NCBI RefSeq assembly: GCF_001194135.2 | Contig: NC_069009.1 | Coordinates: 953,450 to 1,017,449 of the forward strand | DNA length: 64,000 bases | Direction: 5' to 3' | Source: Octopus bimaculoides | Taxonomy: Eukaryota | In this document: in pieces, positions 1 through 11,000 of the stretch | How positions within the stretch are numbered: position 1 is the first letter of the stretch | How the letters are laid out: the number at the start of each line of letters is the position of its first letter | Translations under genes and position numbers: made by a program | Notes under the pieces: generated by a model | What the model was told of the DNA's origin: nothing | Databases searched by the model: none | Seen by the model: the letters and a program-made list of their open reading frames with translations, nothing else

Positions 1-1
1 A

Positions 2-46
2 ACTACTCACAAGAGCATTCACATGACAGACAAACCATTCCAGTGA
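2..46 (+). CDS. 3' tip of a C2H2 zinc-finger gene lying left of the window (TTHKSIHMTDKPFQ*)
   Basis: Matches the terminal half-finger and stop seen at the ends of the paralogs (19863 region, and decayed at ~4840-4880 and ~43965-44010). It is followed by the same 3' flank as the 19863 gene. Confidence 0.55.
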   Translation, partial: TTHKSIHMTDKPFQ

Positions 47-675
47 TCCGTCATCGTTCTTTTCAAGAGCAAAGGAACGCTCCTCAGTAAACAACTCCAG
101 ACTTGTTTTTTTTCACTTGCGAATCAGTGGTCACGTATACAAATGATGGTGTCCCTGAGTCTTCTGAAAGTGATTCAGAAAACAATTATAATATATTTTG
201 TCTATTCTAAATGATCTGGACATTCTTTTTACTTTAAATAAAATATTCTTTACATTCTACTGTTGTTTTATTGTCATTTATTTACAAGTATTATAAATTT
301 TAGAGGTAAAATATTTCTCTGGGAATGAATTATGATTTATAATATTGCTTCTAGGGGAAATTATTGCTTTGCTTAATGAGTTTTCACTTTAGGAGCAGCC
401 TCCAGGATTAGATTAACTCATATATCAAGGCATTATTTTGGCACAAGGCCAGCAATTTCAGGGGAAGGGGATAAGTCGAATAACCACATGGATCGGCATG
501 TGTGCTTTTTACATGAACTAGGACACGTGCATTTTACAAGGGAGTGGCACAATATATATATATATATATATATAAGAGACAAGGTGTATATACGCCGCTA
601 TNNNNNNNNNNNNNNNNNNNNNNNNATAATACAGAATGGGACAATGAAGCTATGTAACTTCTCATATATATTTGA

Positions 676-945
676 GGGCGCATGGCTCAGTTGTGAGTTC
701 AATTCCCATACCAAGCCGTGTTCTTGAGCAAGACACTTCATTTCATGTTGCTCCAGTTCACTCAGCTGTAGAAATGAGCTGTGACTCCTCACTGGTGCCG
801 AGCTGTATTGGCCCCTTTGCCTTTCCCTTGGATAACATCAGTTGTGGGGAGAGGGGAAGCTGGTATGCATGGGTGACTGCTAGTCTTCTATAATCAACCC
901 TCGCCCTGACTTATACCCCGGAGGGGGAACTTTCTGGGTGCAATC
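676..945 (+). mobile_element. tRNA-derived SINE (GTTCAATTCC B-box-like head, TCTTGAGCAAGACACT core)
   Basis: Homologous inverted copy at 18120-18415; boundaries approximate. Confidence 0.6.
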
Positions 946-1155
946 GGACGGGGAAGCCGTGAGTGTAGGACGTGGCAGTCAGCTGCTATTTTTAGCGTTT
1001 CGGAACGGGCCACGTGCAAGGGTACATTACCACCCAACAGGTCTGGGTCCACGAAGAGAAGGTAGGTGTCTTACTTCTAATCTCCAGCATTCACTTCGAA
1101 ATAGCGGTCAGCATTTCGTCCAGCGTGCTAATGATTCTGCCAGCTTGCTGCCTTG

Positions 1156-1253
1156 CCCAAGCAGTCACCCATCTAAGTACCCAGTTGGCTCGACATTGCT
1201 TCACTTCGGTGATCAGGCGAGAAAAGGTGCAATCAACATTATAAGGCTGCAAT
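1156..1253 (-). pseudogene. 5S rRNA-derived pseudogene, 3'-truncated by a SINE head
   Basis: Reverse complement reads GATCACCGAAGTGAAGCAATGTCGAGCC...GTACTTAGATGGGTGACTGCTTGGG, matching 5S with A- and C-box-like motifs. It joins directly to AAGGCAGCAAGCTGGCAGAATC (SINE). Confidence 0.8.
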
Positions 1254-1275
1254 AACAATATTAACAGTTTCAAAA

Positions 1276-1370
1276 CGGTATCTCCATAGCCTAAAACGTG
1301 GGATTCCGTAAAAAAGAAAAAAATAAATAAGCGGGGAAAGGTTCAGATTACATATAGTCCATCTGGACCT
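1276..1370. mobile_element. Partial MITE (same family as 49032-49176)
   Basis: AAAGGTTCAGATTACATATAGTCCATCT arm and the internal CCTAAAACGTGGGATTCCGT segment are shared with 49032-49176. Confidence 0.6.
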
Positions 1371-2296
1371 TCAAAACATTTATTCGTATTTTCTGAACGT
1401 GGTAAATTAGTGTTTGATCAGTCGCTCGTGGAACTTGTTCTCCTTCATATAATTGTTCCTTCAGTTATCCGCTAGAAGCAAAGTTGTTATCAATAGGCCT
1501 TATAATGGTGGTGTGGGCAGTTAGTACCTATCATCGACCTCTGTTTTTCACTGTGTCTTTATTTTATTGATCCCAAAGCAATGAAAGGTAAAATTGGCAT
1601 CGGCGGGATTTGAACTCAGAACACAAATCGCCTAGGAAAACACTCCATGGCCAAAATAATTGCTATTAATTTTGGTAAAATGCTAAGATTTCGTTTCGGT
1701 AATTAAAGCAAACCAATGCATGTTTTATACATTNNNNNNNNNNNNNNNNNNNNNNNNNNNNNNNNNNNNNNNNNNNNNNNNNNNNNNNNNNNNNNNNNNN
1801 NNNNNNNNNNNNNNNNNNNNNNNNNNNNNNNNNNNNNNNNNNNNNNNNNNNNNNNNNNNNNNNNNNNNNNNNNNNNNNNNNNNNNNNNNNNNNNNNNNNN
1901 NNNNNNNNNNNNNNNNNNNNNNNNNNNNNNNNNNNNNNNNNNNNNNNNNNNNNNNNNNNNNNNNNNNNNNNNNNNNNNNNNNNNNNNNNNNNNNNNNNNN
2001 NNNNNNNNNNNNNNNNNNNNNNNNNNNNNNNNNNNNNNNNNNNNNNNNNNNNNNNNNNNNNNNNNNNNNNNNNNNNNNNNNNNNNNNNNNNNNNNNNNNN
2101 NNNNNNNNNNNNNNNNNNNNNNNNNNNNNNNNNNNNNNNNNNNNNNNNNNNNNNNNNNNNNNNNNNNNNNNNNNNNNNNNNNNNNNNNNNNNNNNNNNNN
2201 NNNNNNNNNNNNNNNNNNNNNNNNNNNNNNNNNNNNNNNNNNNNNNNNNNNNNNNNNNNNNNNNNNNNNNNNNNNNNNNNNNNNNNNNNNNNNNNN

Positions 2297-2430
2297 TAAC
2301 CCTAACCCTAACCCTAACTCTAAACACGTATTCATTTGCACACGCGGGTTAGGGTTAGGATCGACCACTCAAGACTAGCTAGCGCGGACGCTCGACTGCG
2401 CGTTCGGGTCCGCGCTGCTTTAGTAGTACC
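2297..2430. mobile_element. Palindromic MITE with TAACCC/GGGTTA arms (left end in N gap)
   Basis: Near-identical to 27343-27529; ends in TTTAGTAGTACC. Confidence 0.75.
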
Positions 2431-2801
2431 CACACACATATACGACAGGCTTCTTTCAGTTTCCGTCTACCAAATCCACTCACAAGGCTTTGGTCAGCCC
2501 GAGGCTACTGAAATTATGAAAATTAAGTTACTTACAGAAAAATGATTTTGTAATGGAATTTTGACGGAGGTAAAGAACAGGTACATTACCCGTGTTCGGC
2601 GTAACAAAGACCCTAAACCTAACCCCGAATCCTAACCGTAATTCTAAACACCTGGTGTACGTTTTCTCTAATCTCTAATTATCTTGTATGTTTGACACTT
2701 GTTTCTCTTTTCTTTCAGATTATCAGGTGACATCTGCATCACAGAATTTTTACATAAGCTACATCATTACTATTGAATGTCTTCTAAAGACTGAGCAAAA
2801 G

Positions 2802-2837
2802 ATGTTATACATAACACGTATAACCCTGTTTCTATAA
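2802..2837 (+). promoter_or_regulatory. Candidate uORF MLYITRITLFL* in a conserved 5' exon (acceptor TTTCAG at ~2718)
   Basis: Same ATG-to-stop unit upstream of five ZNF paralogs; function is inferred. Confidence 0.5.
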
Positions 2838-3311
2838 ATATATATTGAATTACTGCAAAATATATCTTCTGAATTGATATATGTAGCAAACTTTCTCTTC
2901 TTTATTGTCTGGAATACACAGAAAATTATATTCCTATATTAATTAATCATTTAGCATTTAGACTAGCCATACCAGTCCCAGACATTCTAGCTATTTTACG
3001 TTAAAACTGCCCACATCTGGCCTCTTACACTCACCCTGCAATGTCATTCTAAACATAAAGGCTCACATCATTGAAATCTTAAAGCAATAAGATAATGAAT
3101 GATTAATTCAGAAGAATTTGTGTAAATAAGTATTACATTTGACAGAGTAATCTGAATGTTAATGAGTTAAAGCAATTAACAAGGCAATTTGCAGCATCTT
3201 CAGATATTAACAAAGATTATTATTGATGGAAATATATCAGTAGAAATATTTAAGAGCAATATACGAGAAGAAGGAAAACATTTGTGTACTGTAACAAGAG
3301 AAAGGAACATT

Positions 3312-4817
3312 ATGGAAAATGAATTATATGAAAGAACTGATTTTTCTGATGTTAAGAATGAAAAGGGCAAAATATCATATGATTGTGATACCTGTGGTAA
3401 ATTCTTCTCAAGGAAAGCTAGCTTACTCACTCACAAACGTATTCATACAGGAGAGAAGCCATATCATTGTAATATCTGTGGTAAATCCTTCTCTCAGACT
3501 GGCTCTGTAATTATTCACAAGCGCAATGTCCACACCGGAGAAAAACCATATCACTGTGAAATCTGTGGTAAATCGTACTCACAAGGTAATGACTTGACTA
3601 GGCACAAATGCATTCATACAGGGGAGAAGCCATATCGCTGTAATGTCTGTGGTAGATCATTCTTTCTAAATCATGTCTTGGCTCGGCACAGACGCATTCA
3701 TACAGGAGAGAAGCCATTTCATTGTAATATTTGTGGTAAGTCCTTCTCTCAGACTAGTTCCGTAACCATTCACAAGCGTAATGTTCACACAGGAGAAAGA
3801 CCATATCACTGTGAAATCTGTGGTAAATCATTCTCTCGAAATAATGGTTTGACTAGGCACAAACGCATTCATACAGGAGAGAAGCCATATCACTGTGATA
3901 TCTGTGGTAAATCATTCTCTCAAAATAATGGTTTGACTAGGCACAAACGCATTCATACAGGAGAGAAGCCATATCACTGTGATATCTGTGGTAAATCATT
4001 CTCTGAAACAAGTCCCTTAACTAGTCACAAGTGTGTTGTTCATACAGGAGAAGGACTATATCGCTGTGAATTCTGTGGTAAATCATTCTCTCAAAATAAT
4101 GACTTGACGAATCATAAATGCCTCCATACTGGAGAGGAACCATATCGCTGTTATATTTGTGGTAAATCATTCTATGAATATATAAACTTAACTAATCACA
4201 TACGTATTCACACAGTAGAGAAGCCATATCAAAGCGGTATCTGTGATAAATCATTCTTTCATGGACCAAATTTAACTGTCCACAAATATATTCATTCCAG
4301 TGTGAAGCCGTATCACTGTAAAATCTGTGGTAAATCCTTCTCTCGAAATGATCACTTATCTAAGCACAAGAGTGTTCAGACAGGGGATAAGCCGTATCAC
4401 TGTGAAATCTGTGGTAAATCCTTCTTTCGAAACGATCACTTATCTAAGCACAAAAGTGTTCATACAGGAGAAAAGCCATATCACTGTGAAACTTGTGGTA
4501 AATCTTTCACTCGAAACGATTACTTAACTAGCCACAAGCGTGTTCATACAGGAGATAAGCCATATCACTGTGAAATCTGTGGTAAATCTTTCTCTCAAGA
4601 TAATCACTTAACTAAGCACAAGCGTGTTCATACAGGAGAGAAGCCATATCACTGTGAAATCTGTGGTAAATCATTCTCTCAAAGTGAACAGTTACCTAAG
4701 CACAGGCGTGTTCATACAGGAGAGAGGCCATATGACTGTGAAATCTGTGGTAAATCCTACTCTCGAATTTATAACTTAACTCGTCACAAACGTACTCACA
4801 CAGTTGAGAAGGCATAG
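3312..4817 (+). CDS. Tandem C2H2 zinc-finger protein, 17 fingers (2 degenerate); frame open upstream to TTG 3189
   Basis: CxxC...HxxxH repeats with TGEKPY linkers. First ATG (MENELY) is at the position homologous to the paralog starts. Confidence 0.92.
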   Translation: MENELYERTDFSDVKNEKGKISYDCDTCGKFFSRKASLLTHKRIHTGEKPYHCNICGKSFSQTGSVIIHKRNVHTGEKPYHCEICGKSYSQGNDLTRHKCIHTGEKPYRCNVCGRSFFLNHVLARHRRIHTGEKPFHCNICGKSFSQTSSVTIHKRNVHTGERPYHCEICGKSFSRNNGLTRHKRIHTGEKPYHCDICGKSFSQNNGLTRHKRIHTGEKPYHCDICGKSFSETSPLTSHKCVVHTGEGLYRCEFCGKSFSQNNDLTNHKCLHTGEEPYRCYICGKSFYEYINLTNHIRIHTVEKPYQSGICDKSFFHGPNLTVHKYIHSSVKPYHCKICGKSFSRNDHLSKHKSVQTGDKPYHCEICGKSFFRNDHLSKHKSVHTGEKPYHCETCGKSFTRNDYLTSHKRVHTGDKPYHCEICGKSFSQDNHLTKHKRVHTGEKPYHCEICGKSFSQSEQLPKHRRVHTGERPYDCEICGKSYSRIYNLTRHKRTHTVEKA

Positions 4818-5579
4818 TTGTGATATCTGTGGCAGCTTGACTACTCAACAAAGCATTCATACGAGAGACAAACCATCTCAGTAATCTGTCATTACTGTTC
4901 TCATGTTCTCCTTTGCCATGCATTCATGAGTCAGATGTAATTTATTGAGGTGAATTTTCTCCGTCCAGAGGCCCTTCCTGTTGCCTCCCCCACCACCACT
5001 ACCTTTTCTGTAGGTCTTGATACATCTCCAACACCATCTATTTCTCTCTATATGTCTGTCATTCTCTCCTTTCTTTTCCTACTGGAATCGTTAAGTATCT
5101 CCTCTATAGTAAGACACTTGTCTCTCTCCTGCTATTATACATTAACCTCTCGACTGGCACAAAGCCATCCCCCCCCCCCCAGTTCCACTCCCTCTGCCAG
5201 CTGAGTGGATCTTTATCTGGCCAGTTATTTGGTGATCCCCTATGCTGCTGATGCTGGTGCCACTTAAAAATCACCCAATACACTCAATAAAGTGGTCACC
5301 ATTAGGAATGGCATCCAGCCATAGAGACCATACCAAAGGGGACAATGGATCCTAGTGCATCTCTCTGTTTGACCAGCTTTTGTCAAACTGTCTAATTAAT
5401 GTTAGAAAAAGAATGCTTCTCAGTAAACAACTCTACACTTGTATTTTTTTAAATTCAAATTACGACAAATGTAAATAAACAAACGAAGCTTGCTTTTTTA
5501 GAAAGTTAAAGAAGTAATTTTAAATTCTCAATCGCAGAATAATGCTAATAATATAACCTGAACAGGATAAACTATCCCT

Positions 5580-5880
5580 GAATCAGTGGTCACGTCTACA
5601 AATGATGGTGTCCCTGAATCTTGTGAAAGTGATTCAGAAAACAATTATAATATATTTTGTCTCTTCTAAATGATCTGAACATTGTTTTTACTTTACATAA
5701 AATATTCTTTACATTCTACTGTTGTTTTCTTGTCATTTATTTACAAGTATTACAAATTTTAGAGGTAAAATATTTTTCTGCGAATGTATTACAATTTATA
5801 ACATTGCTTCTATGGGAAATTATTGCTTTGCTTAATGAGTTTTCACTTTAGGAGCAGCCTCCAGGAATAAATTAACTTGT
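5580..5880 (+). repeat. Paralogous ZNF 3'-flank block (copies at 121-420 and inverted at ~18960-19260)
   Basis: GAATCAGTGGTCACG...GGAGCAGCCTCCAGGA aligns by eye across the three copies. Confidence 0.8.
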
Positions 5881-6753
5881 ATCAACCAATCACTGATGTC
5901 TATTGAGGTGAAAACAATTACTGCTGTGAATTGTGAACACTACACGTTGTGCGGTGTAATGGGATCTTTTCCCTTGAATAAAATTATACATATATACGCA
6001 TATATACATGATTAACATAATAGGGTAAAAATTTGATATTAATTAATATCAATTTAATACCAGGAAACTAGCACATTAAAAGAATCAGAAGGTTCAGAAA
6101 AAAATTTTCTGAGATCCTAAGAGGCTTATAGTACTTGTGTATATAAAAGCGACCACTAAGTGGTCTGTTAATATGCTAGAAAAAGATCACTTAAAAAATT
6201 CTCAATCTTTCTTTTTATATTTATATATATACACATATATAATTTGTTTTTCTTCAGAATATACCATTTCAGCGACAAATTTACAAACATACACTCCCAT
6301 TTATATAGGGATCTTTCTGATGCCCGGTTGAGTAGGAGGGCAGAACGGTGACCAAGGAAGCTGTGGGCACAAACCTGGGTGAATCTGACCGCAGGAGCAG
6401 ATCTTGGTGGTAGTAAAAGTAACTTCTTTTTTGCCTGCTTTTAGTGTTGTTGTCTTTGTAGCCATGTGGGTAATTGCACATACTGTATTACACATCCTGA
6501 GCAAGGTTCAATCCCTTCCAGGAGCACTATCCTTGGTGTTTATAAAAATTTGTCTTTAGTTTTGATAGATTTAAATATCTCTTAATTTACTACATTAATG
6601 TTGGGTGTCTTGGTGGTCTTGTGGGTAGAGACATGATTAGACATCTACATTGAACATCCTGGGCATGTTCAATCCTACCCAGGGCTTGCATTAAGGGGTC
6701 TTATTAAAATTTTTCATTTTTTTTTTCATCTCTAGAGATAAAAAATGAAAATG

Positions 6754-7792
6754 TTTAATAAGACCCCCTGTCATTCCTGGCAGAGATTAGAAACCTCTGC
6801 CTGTGTCTTGTTACTACTTCTAAACACCCTTACCTACTGGGCCACCAAAGCAGCAACAATTTTTATGAGAAAATTAAGATACTTAAATTTATTTCAAATA
6901 TTGTATTTACTATAAATATATGAGGGAGATCTGGTTACTATGTGAAGGCTGCCTTGTGGCCCCTTCTTTGCACACACACACACACACATATTTTTGGTGA
7001 GTGAAATTTGGTTGCTTAAATAAAAGTATTTAATAATGTCTTCTGTAATTTCTAGCAGATTTGAAACCTCCACTTCTAAACATCTTGACCTGTTAGGCCA
7101 CCAAAGCAACAACAATTCTACTGTGAAAATGAAAATATTTAAATTTATTTCAATTATTGGGCTTATTATAAAGAGTTGAATGAGATTTGGTTACTATGTC
7201 AAGGCTGTTTTATGACTCCCTTCTTCACACACAATCTTTTTGTTGATGAAATTTGGATGCTTAGATAAAAATATTTAATAAGACATCTTGTAATTGCTGG
7301 CAGAGATTTGAAACCTCCACTAGAGTAATTTGTTATTATTTCTAAACACCCTTACCTTTTGGGCCATCAAAGCAATAACAATTCTCATAAGAAAATTAAG
7401 ATATTTAAATTTATTTCAATTATTGGGTTTACTATAAAAATTTGGAGGAGATTTGGTTACTATGTCAAAGCTGCTTTGTGGCCCCTTCTTCACACAGACA
7501 ATCTTTTTGCTGAGGGAAATTTGGTTGCGTAAATAAAAATGTTATTTAATAAGAACCTTTGTAATTCTTGGAAGAGATTTGAAACCTCCACTTGTTATAT
7601 TACCACTTTGCAACACCCACACCTACTGAACTACCAAATCATCAATAATTTTAATAAAATCAAGATATCTAAATTTATTTCAATTAATGGAATTACCATG
7701 AAGATATGATGGCAATTTGATTACTCTGTGAAGGCTGCCTTGTGGCCCCTTCTTCACACACAATCTTTTTGTTCAGGGTAATTTGGTTGCTT
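6754..7792. repeat. Diverged tandem repeat, ~245-275 bp unit, at least 4 copies, running into an N gap
   Basis: TTTAATAA...GAGATTTGAAACCTCC anchors at 6754, 7029, 7274 and 7545. Confidence 0.8.
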
Positions 7793-8230
7793 NNNNNNNN
7801 NNNNNNNNNNNNNNNNNNNNNNNNNNNNNNNNNNNNNNNNNNNNNNNNNNNNNNNNNNNNNNNNNNNNNNNNNNNNNNNNNNNNNNNNNNNNNNNNNNNN
7901 NNNNNNNNNNNNNNNNNNNNNNNNNNNNNNNNNNNNNNNNNNNNNNNNNNNNNNNNNNNNNNNNNNNNNNNNNNNNNNNNNNNNNNNNNNNNNNNNNNNN
8001 NNNNNNNNNNNNNNNNNNNNNNNNNNNNNNNNNNNNNNNNNNNNNNNNNNNNNNNNNNNNNNNNNNNNNNNNNNNNNNNNNNNNNNNNNNNNNNNNNNNN
8101 NNNNNNNNNNNNNNNNNNNNNNNNNNNNNNNNNNNNNNNNNNNNNNNNNNNNNNNNNNNNNNNNNNNNNNNNNNNNNNNNNNNNNNNNNNNNNCATTATT
8201 TGAAAAAAACTGGTACAACAGAGAACCTCT

Positions 8231-8522
8231 TCATCATCATCATCGTTTAACGTCCACTTTCCATGCTAGCATGGGTTGGACGATTTGACTGAGGACTGGT
8301 GAAACCGGATGGCTACACCAGGCTCCAATCTGATCTGGCAGTGTTTCTACAGCTGGATGCCCTTCCTAACGCCAACAACTCCGAGAGTGTAGTGGGTGCT
8401 TTTACGTGCCACCCGCACGAAGGCCAGTCAGGCGGTACTGGCAACGGTCACGCTCAAAATGGTGTATTTTATGTGCCACCCACACAAGAGCCAGTCCAGG
8501 GGCACTGGCAACGATCTCGCTC
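8231..8522 (-). mobile_element. Abundant interspersed repeat/SINE with (GAT)n tail (CTGGATGCCCTTCCTAACGCCAAC motif)
   Basis: Other copies at ~43410-43615 and ~50700-51235. Confidence 0.75.
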
Positions 8523-8539
8523 AAAAGTCCCGAAAATGA

Positions 8540-9913
8540 TTAAACCAAAGACATCACAGTGACCGGATTTTTCCCCTTATGAATGCGTTTGTGTGTTTTA
8601 AGAGTACCCTTTTCAGAGAATGATTTATCACAGATATCGCACGTGTACGGCTTCTCTCCTGTATGAATTCGTTTGTGTATAGTCAAGTGTTCATTTCGAG
8701 AGAACGATTTGCCACAGATATCACAGTGAAATGGTTTCTCCCCTGTATGAATGCGCTTATGCTTAGTTAAGTGACTCCCATCGGAGAAAGATTTACCACA
8801 GATATCACACTGATACGGTCTCTCTCCTGTGTGAATATGCATGTGTGTATTTAGTTTGCCTTTCTCAGCAAATGATTTACCACAGATCTCACAGTGATAT
8901 GGTTTCTCTCCTGTATGAATACGTCTGTGTGTAGTCAAGTTGCTGCTTTCAGAGAAGGATTTACCACAGATATCACAGTGATATGGATTTTCCCCTGTAT
9001 GAATGCGTTTATGTCTAATCAAATGATGATTGCGAAAGAACGACTTGCCACAGATATCGCACTGATATGGTTTCTCTCCTGTGTGAATGCGCTTGTGTTT
9101 AGTCAAGCAGCCTCCGTCGGAAAACGATTTACCACAGACATCACAGTGATATGGTTTTTCTCCAGTATGGACACGTTTATGGATAGTTAGATGACCAATT
9201 TGAGAGAATGAACTACCACAGATATCACAGCGATACGGTTTCCCTCCTGTATGGATGCGTTTGTGCGTAATCAAGGCATGACTATGAGAGAATGACTTAC
9301 CACAGACGTCACAGCGATATGGTTTCTCTCCGGTATGACTACGTTTGTGTGCTGATATTTTACCACTCTCGGAGAAAGATTTTCCGCAGATATCACAATG
9401 ATATGGTTTCTCTCCTGTATGGATGCGCCTATGTTTAGTTAAGTCTCCATTTTCACAGAACGATTTACCACAGATATCACAACAATATGGTTTTTCCCCT
9501 GTATGAGTTCGTCTGTGCCTAATTAAATTACTACTTCCAGAGAATGATTTTCCACAGATATCGCAATGGTAGGGTCTCTCTCCTGTATGAACACGTTTGT
9601 GAGTAGTCAAGCTGCTATTCTGAGAGAACAATTTACCGCAGGTGTCACACTTATATGGTTTCTCACCTGTATGACTATGTTTGTGAGTAAGAACTTTACC
9701 TTTCTCAGAGAATGACTTACCACAGATATCACAGTGATGTGGTTTCTCTCCTGTATGAATACGTTTGTGCGTAGTTAGGTTACCTTTCTGAGAGAATGAT
9801 TTACTACAGATATCACAATAATGCAGCATCTCTTTCTTTATATCACAAGGAACGTCAATCCTTTTAGTCTGTCTTTTACGCTTAACCTTGTCACTACACA
9901 TTTCATATTCCAT
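8540..9913 (-). CDS. Tandem C2H2 zinc-finger protein, 15 fingers
   Basis: ORF 8540-9916 begins with GTG; first ATG is 9913 (MEYEM). Regular TGEKPY-linked fingers; ends in a frameshifted finger remnant. Confidence 0.92.
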   Translation of the reverse strand: MEYEMCSDKVKRKRQTKRIDVPCDIKKEMLHYCDICSKSFSQKGNLTTHKRIHTGEKPHHCDICGKSFSEKGKVLTHKHSHTGEKPYKCDTCGKLFSQNSSLTTHKRVHTGERPYHCDICGKSFSGSSNLIRHRRTHTGEKPYCCDICGKSFCENGDLTKHRRIHTGEKPYHCDICGKSFSESGKISAHKRSHTGEKPYRCDVCGKSFSHSHALITHKRIHTGGKPYRCDICGSSFSQIGHLTIHKRVHTGEKPYHCDVCGKSFSDGGCLTKHKRIHTGEKPYQCDICGKSFFRNHHLIRHKRIHTGENPYHCDICGKSFSESSNLTTHRRIHTGEKPYHCEICGKSFAEKGKLNTHMHIHTGERPYQCDICGKSFSDGSHLTKHKRIHTGEKPFHCDICGKSFSRNEHLTIHKRIHTGEKPYTCDICDKSFSEKGTLKTHKRIHKGKNPVTVMSLV

Positions 9914-10591
9914 CACTTTTTTTCCTCGAACCTCAACACAGATATTTTCTTCCTTGCATTTTCACTGCTCTACTGTGACATGCTATTATCGTTGTCGGTA
10001 TACAATAATGCTGGAAAACACTTCTGTAACCCAAGTCTAAATAAAACGAAAATTCCTTTGATAAATTATTTGGTGACATGTAAAACGCACCTGTTCTGAC
10101 GACATGTTAAAAGCATCAAGTACACTCTGCGGAGTGGCTAACATTAAGAAGGGCATCCAGCTGTAAAGAGAATGATCTGCCAGAGGTGTCAGTCATATGG
10201 CTTGTTTCCTGCATTCGTACGGACTTAAAACACCTCTTTGTGTAAAATTTGCCCAAGTTTCACTCTTCACCACCCAGATTACTCTGTCAAATGCTTATCG
10301 CTTCACATTACTTCAAATTAATCGCGCATTCTATTTCAGTTTCGATATTTTGATCACGTGATGTTTATTTTGAGAACACTGTAGGCCAGGTATGAGAGGC
10401 CACATCTGGCCAGTGTGAACAGAGAACCAGTAGAATGTTTGGACTAGATATGGCCAGTTTAAATGCAAAAAAAAAAGGCTAAGTTGAATCCTATATAATT
10501 TTGTACATTTTCCAAATAGTGAATAAGACAGAAACGTTGCTATAACTCTCAATTCAGAAGAAATATTTCACAGTAATTCACCATAGATATA

Positions 10592-10627
10592 TTATATGAA
10601 CAGTGTTATATCTGTTGTGTATAACAT
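10592..10627 (-). promoter_or_regulatory. Candidate uORF MLYTTDITLFI*
   Basis: Same length and position as the uORF at 2802-2837, downstream of the homologous TTTCAG acceptor at ~10701. Confidence 0.45.
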
Positions 10628-10831
10628 CTTCCTCTTGTGTTTAAAACCTGATCAATATTCATGATGTAAAAATTCCTTTATGCCTCAGACGTCTGATATT
10701 CTGAAATGATATAGAAACACTTGAAGCTATAGAAAATATATAAAAAGAGATTCAACAATAGAAACATTACTATATTTAAAAAGAATAAACTAGATATGAA
10801 CTTTTAACAGAATTAAATCTGAGCATGATCG

Positions 10832-11000
10832 TTACCAGCGTGTTTACGTCCCCGTAACTTAGCGGTTCGGCAAAAAGAGACCGATACAAAAAGTACTAGG
10901 CTTCCAAAGAATAAGTCCTGGGGTCGATTAGCTCGACTAAAAAGGCGGTGCTCCAGCATGGCCGCAGTCAAATGACTGAAACAAGTAAAAGAGTAAAAAG
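10832..11000. mobile_element. SINE-like repeat (CGTGTTTACGTCCCCGTAACTTAGCGGTTCGGC family)
   Basis: Copies at ~48235-48420, 52350-52510, 57300-57480 and 63815-63988. Confidence 0.7.

Noticed and set aside
2297-2360. (TAACCC)n next to a gap, suggesting a telomere
   Set aside because: Only a few units, and they are the arm of the MITE also found complete at 27343-27529.
8894-9190. Antisense or shifted-frame ORFs over ZNF genes (also 19928-20410, 44295-45175, 4327-4527)
   Set aside because: By-products of the 84-bp finger periodicity; no independent coding signal.
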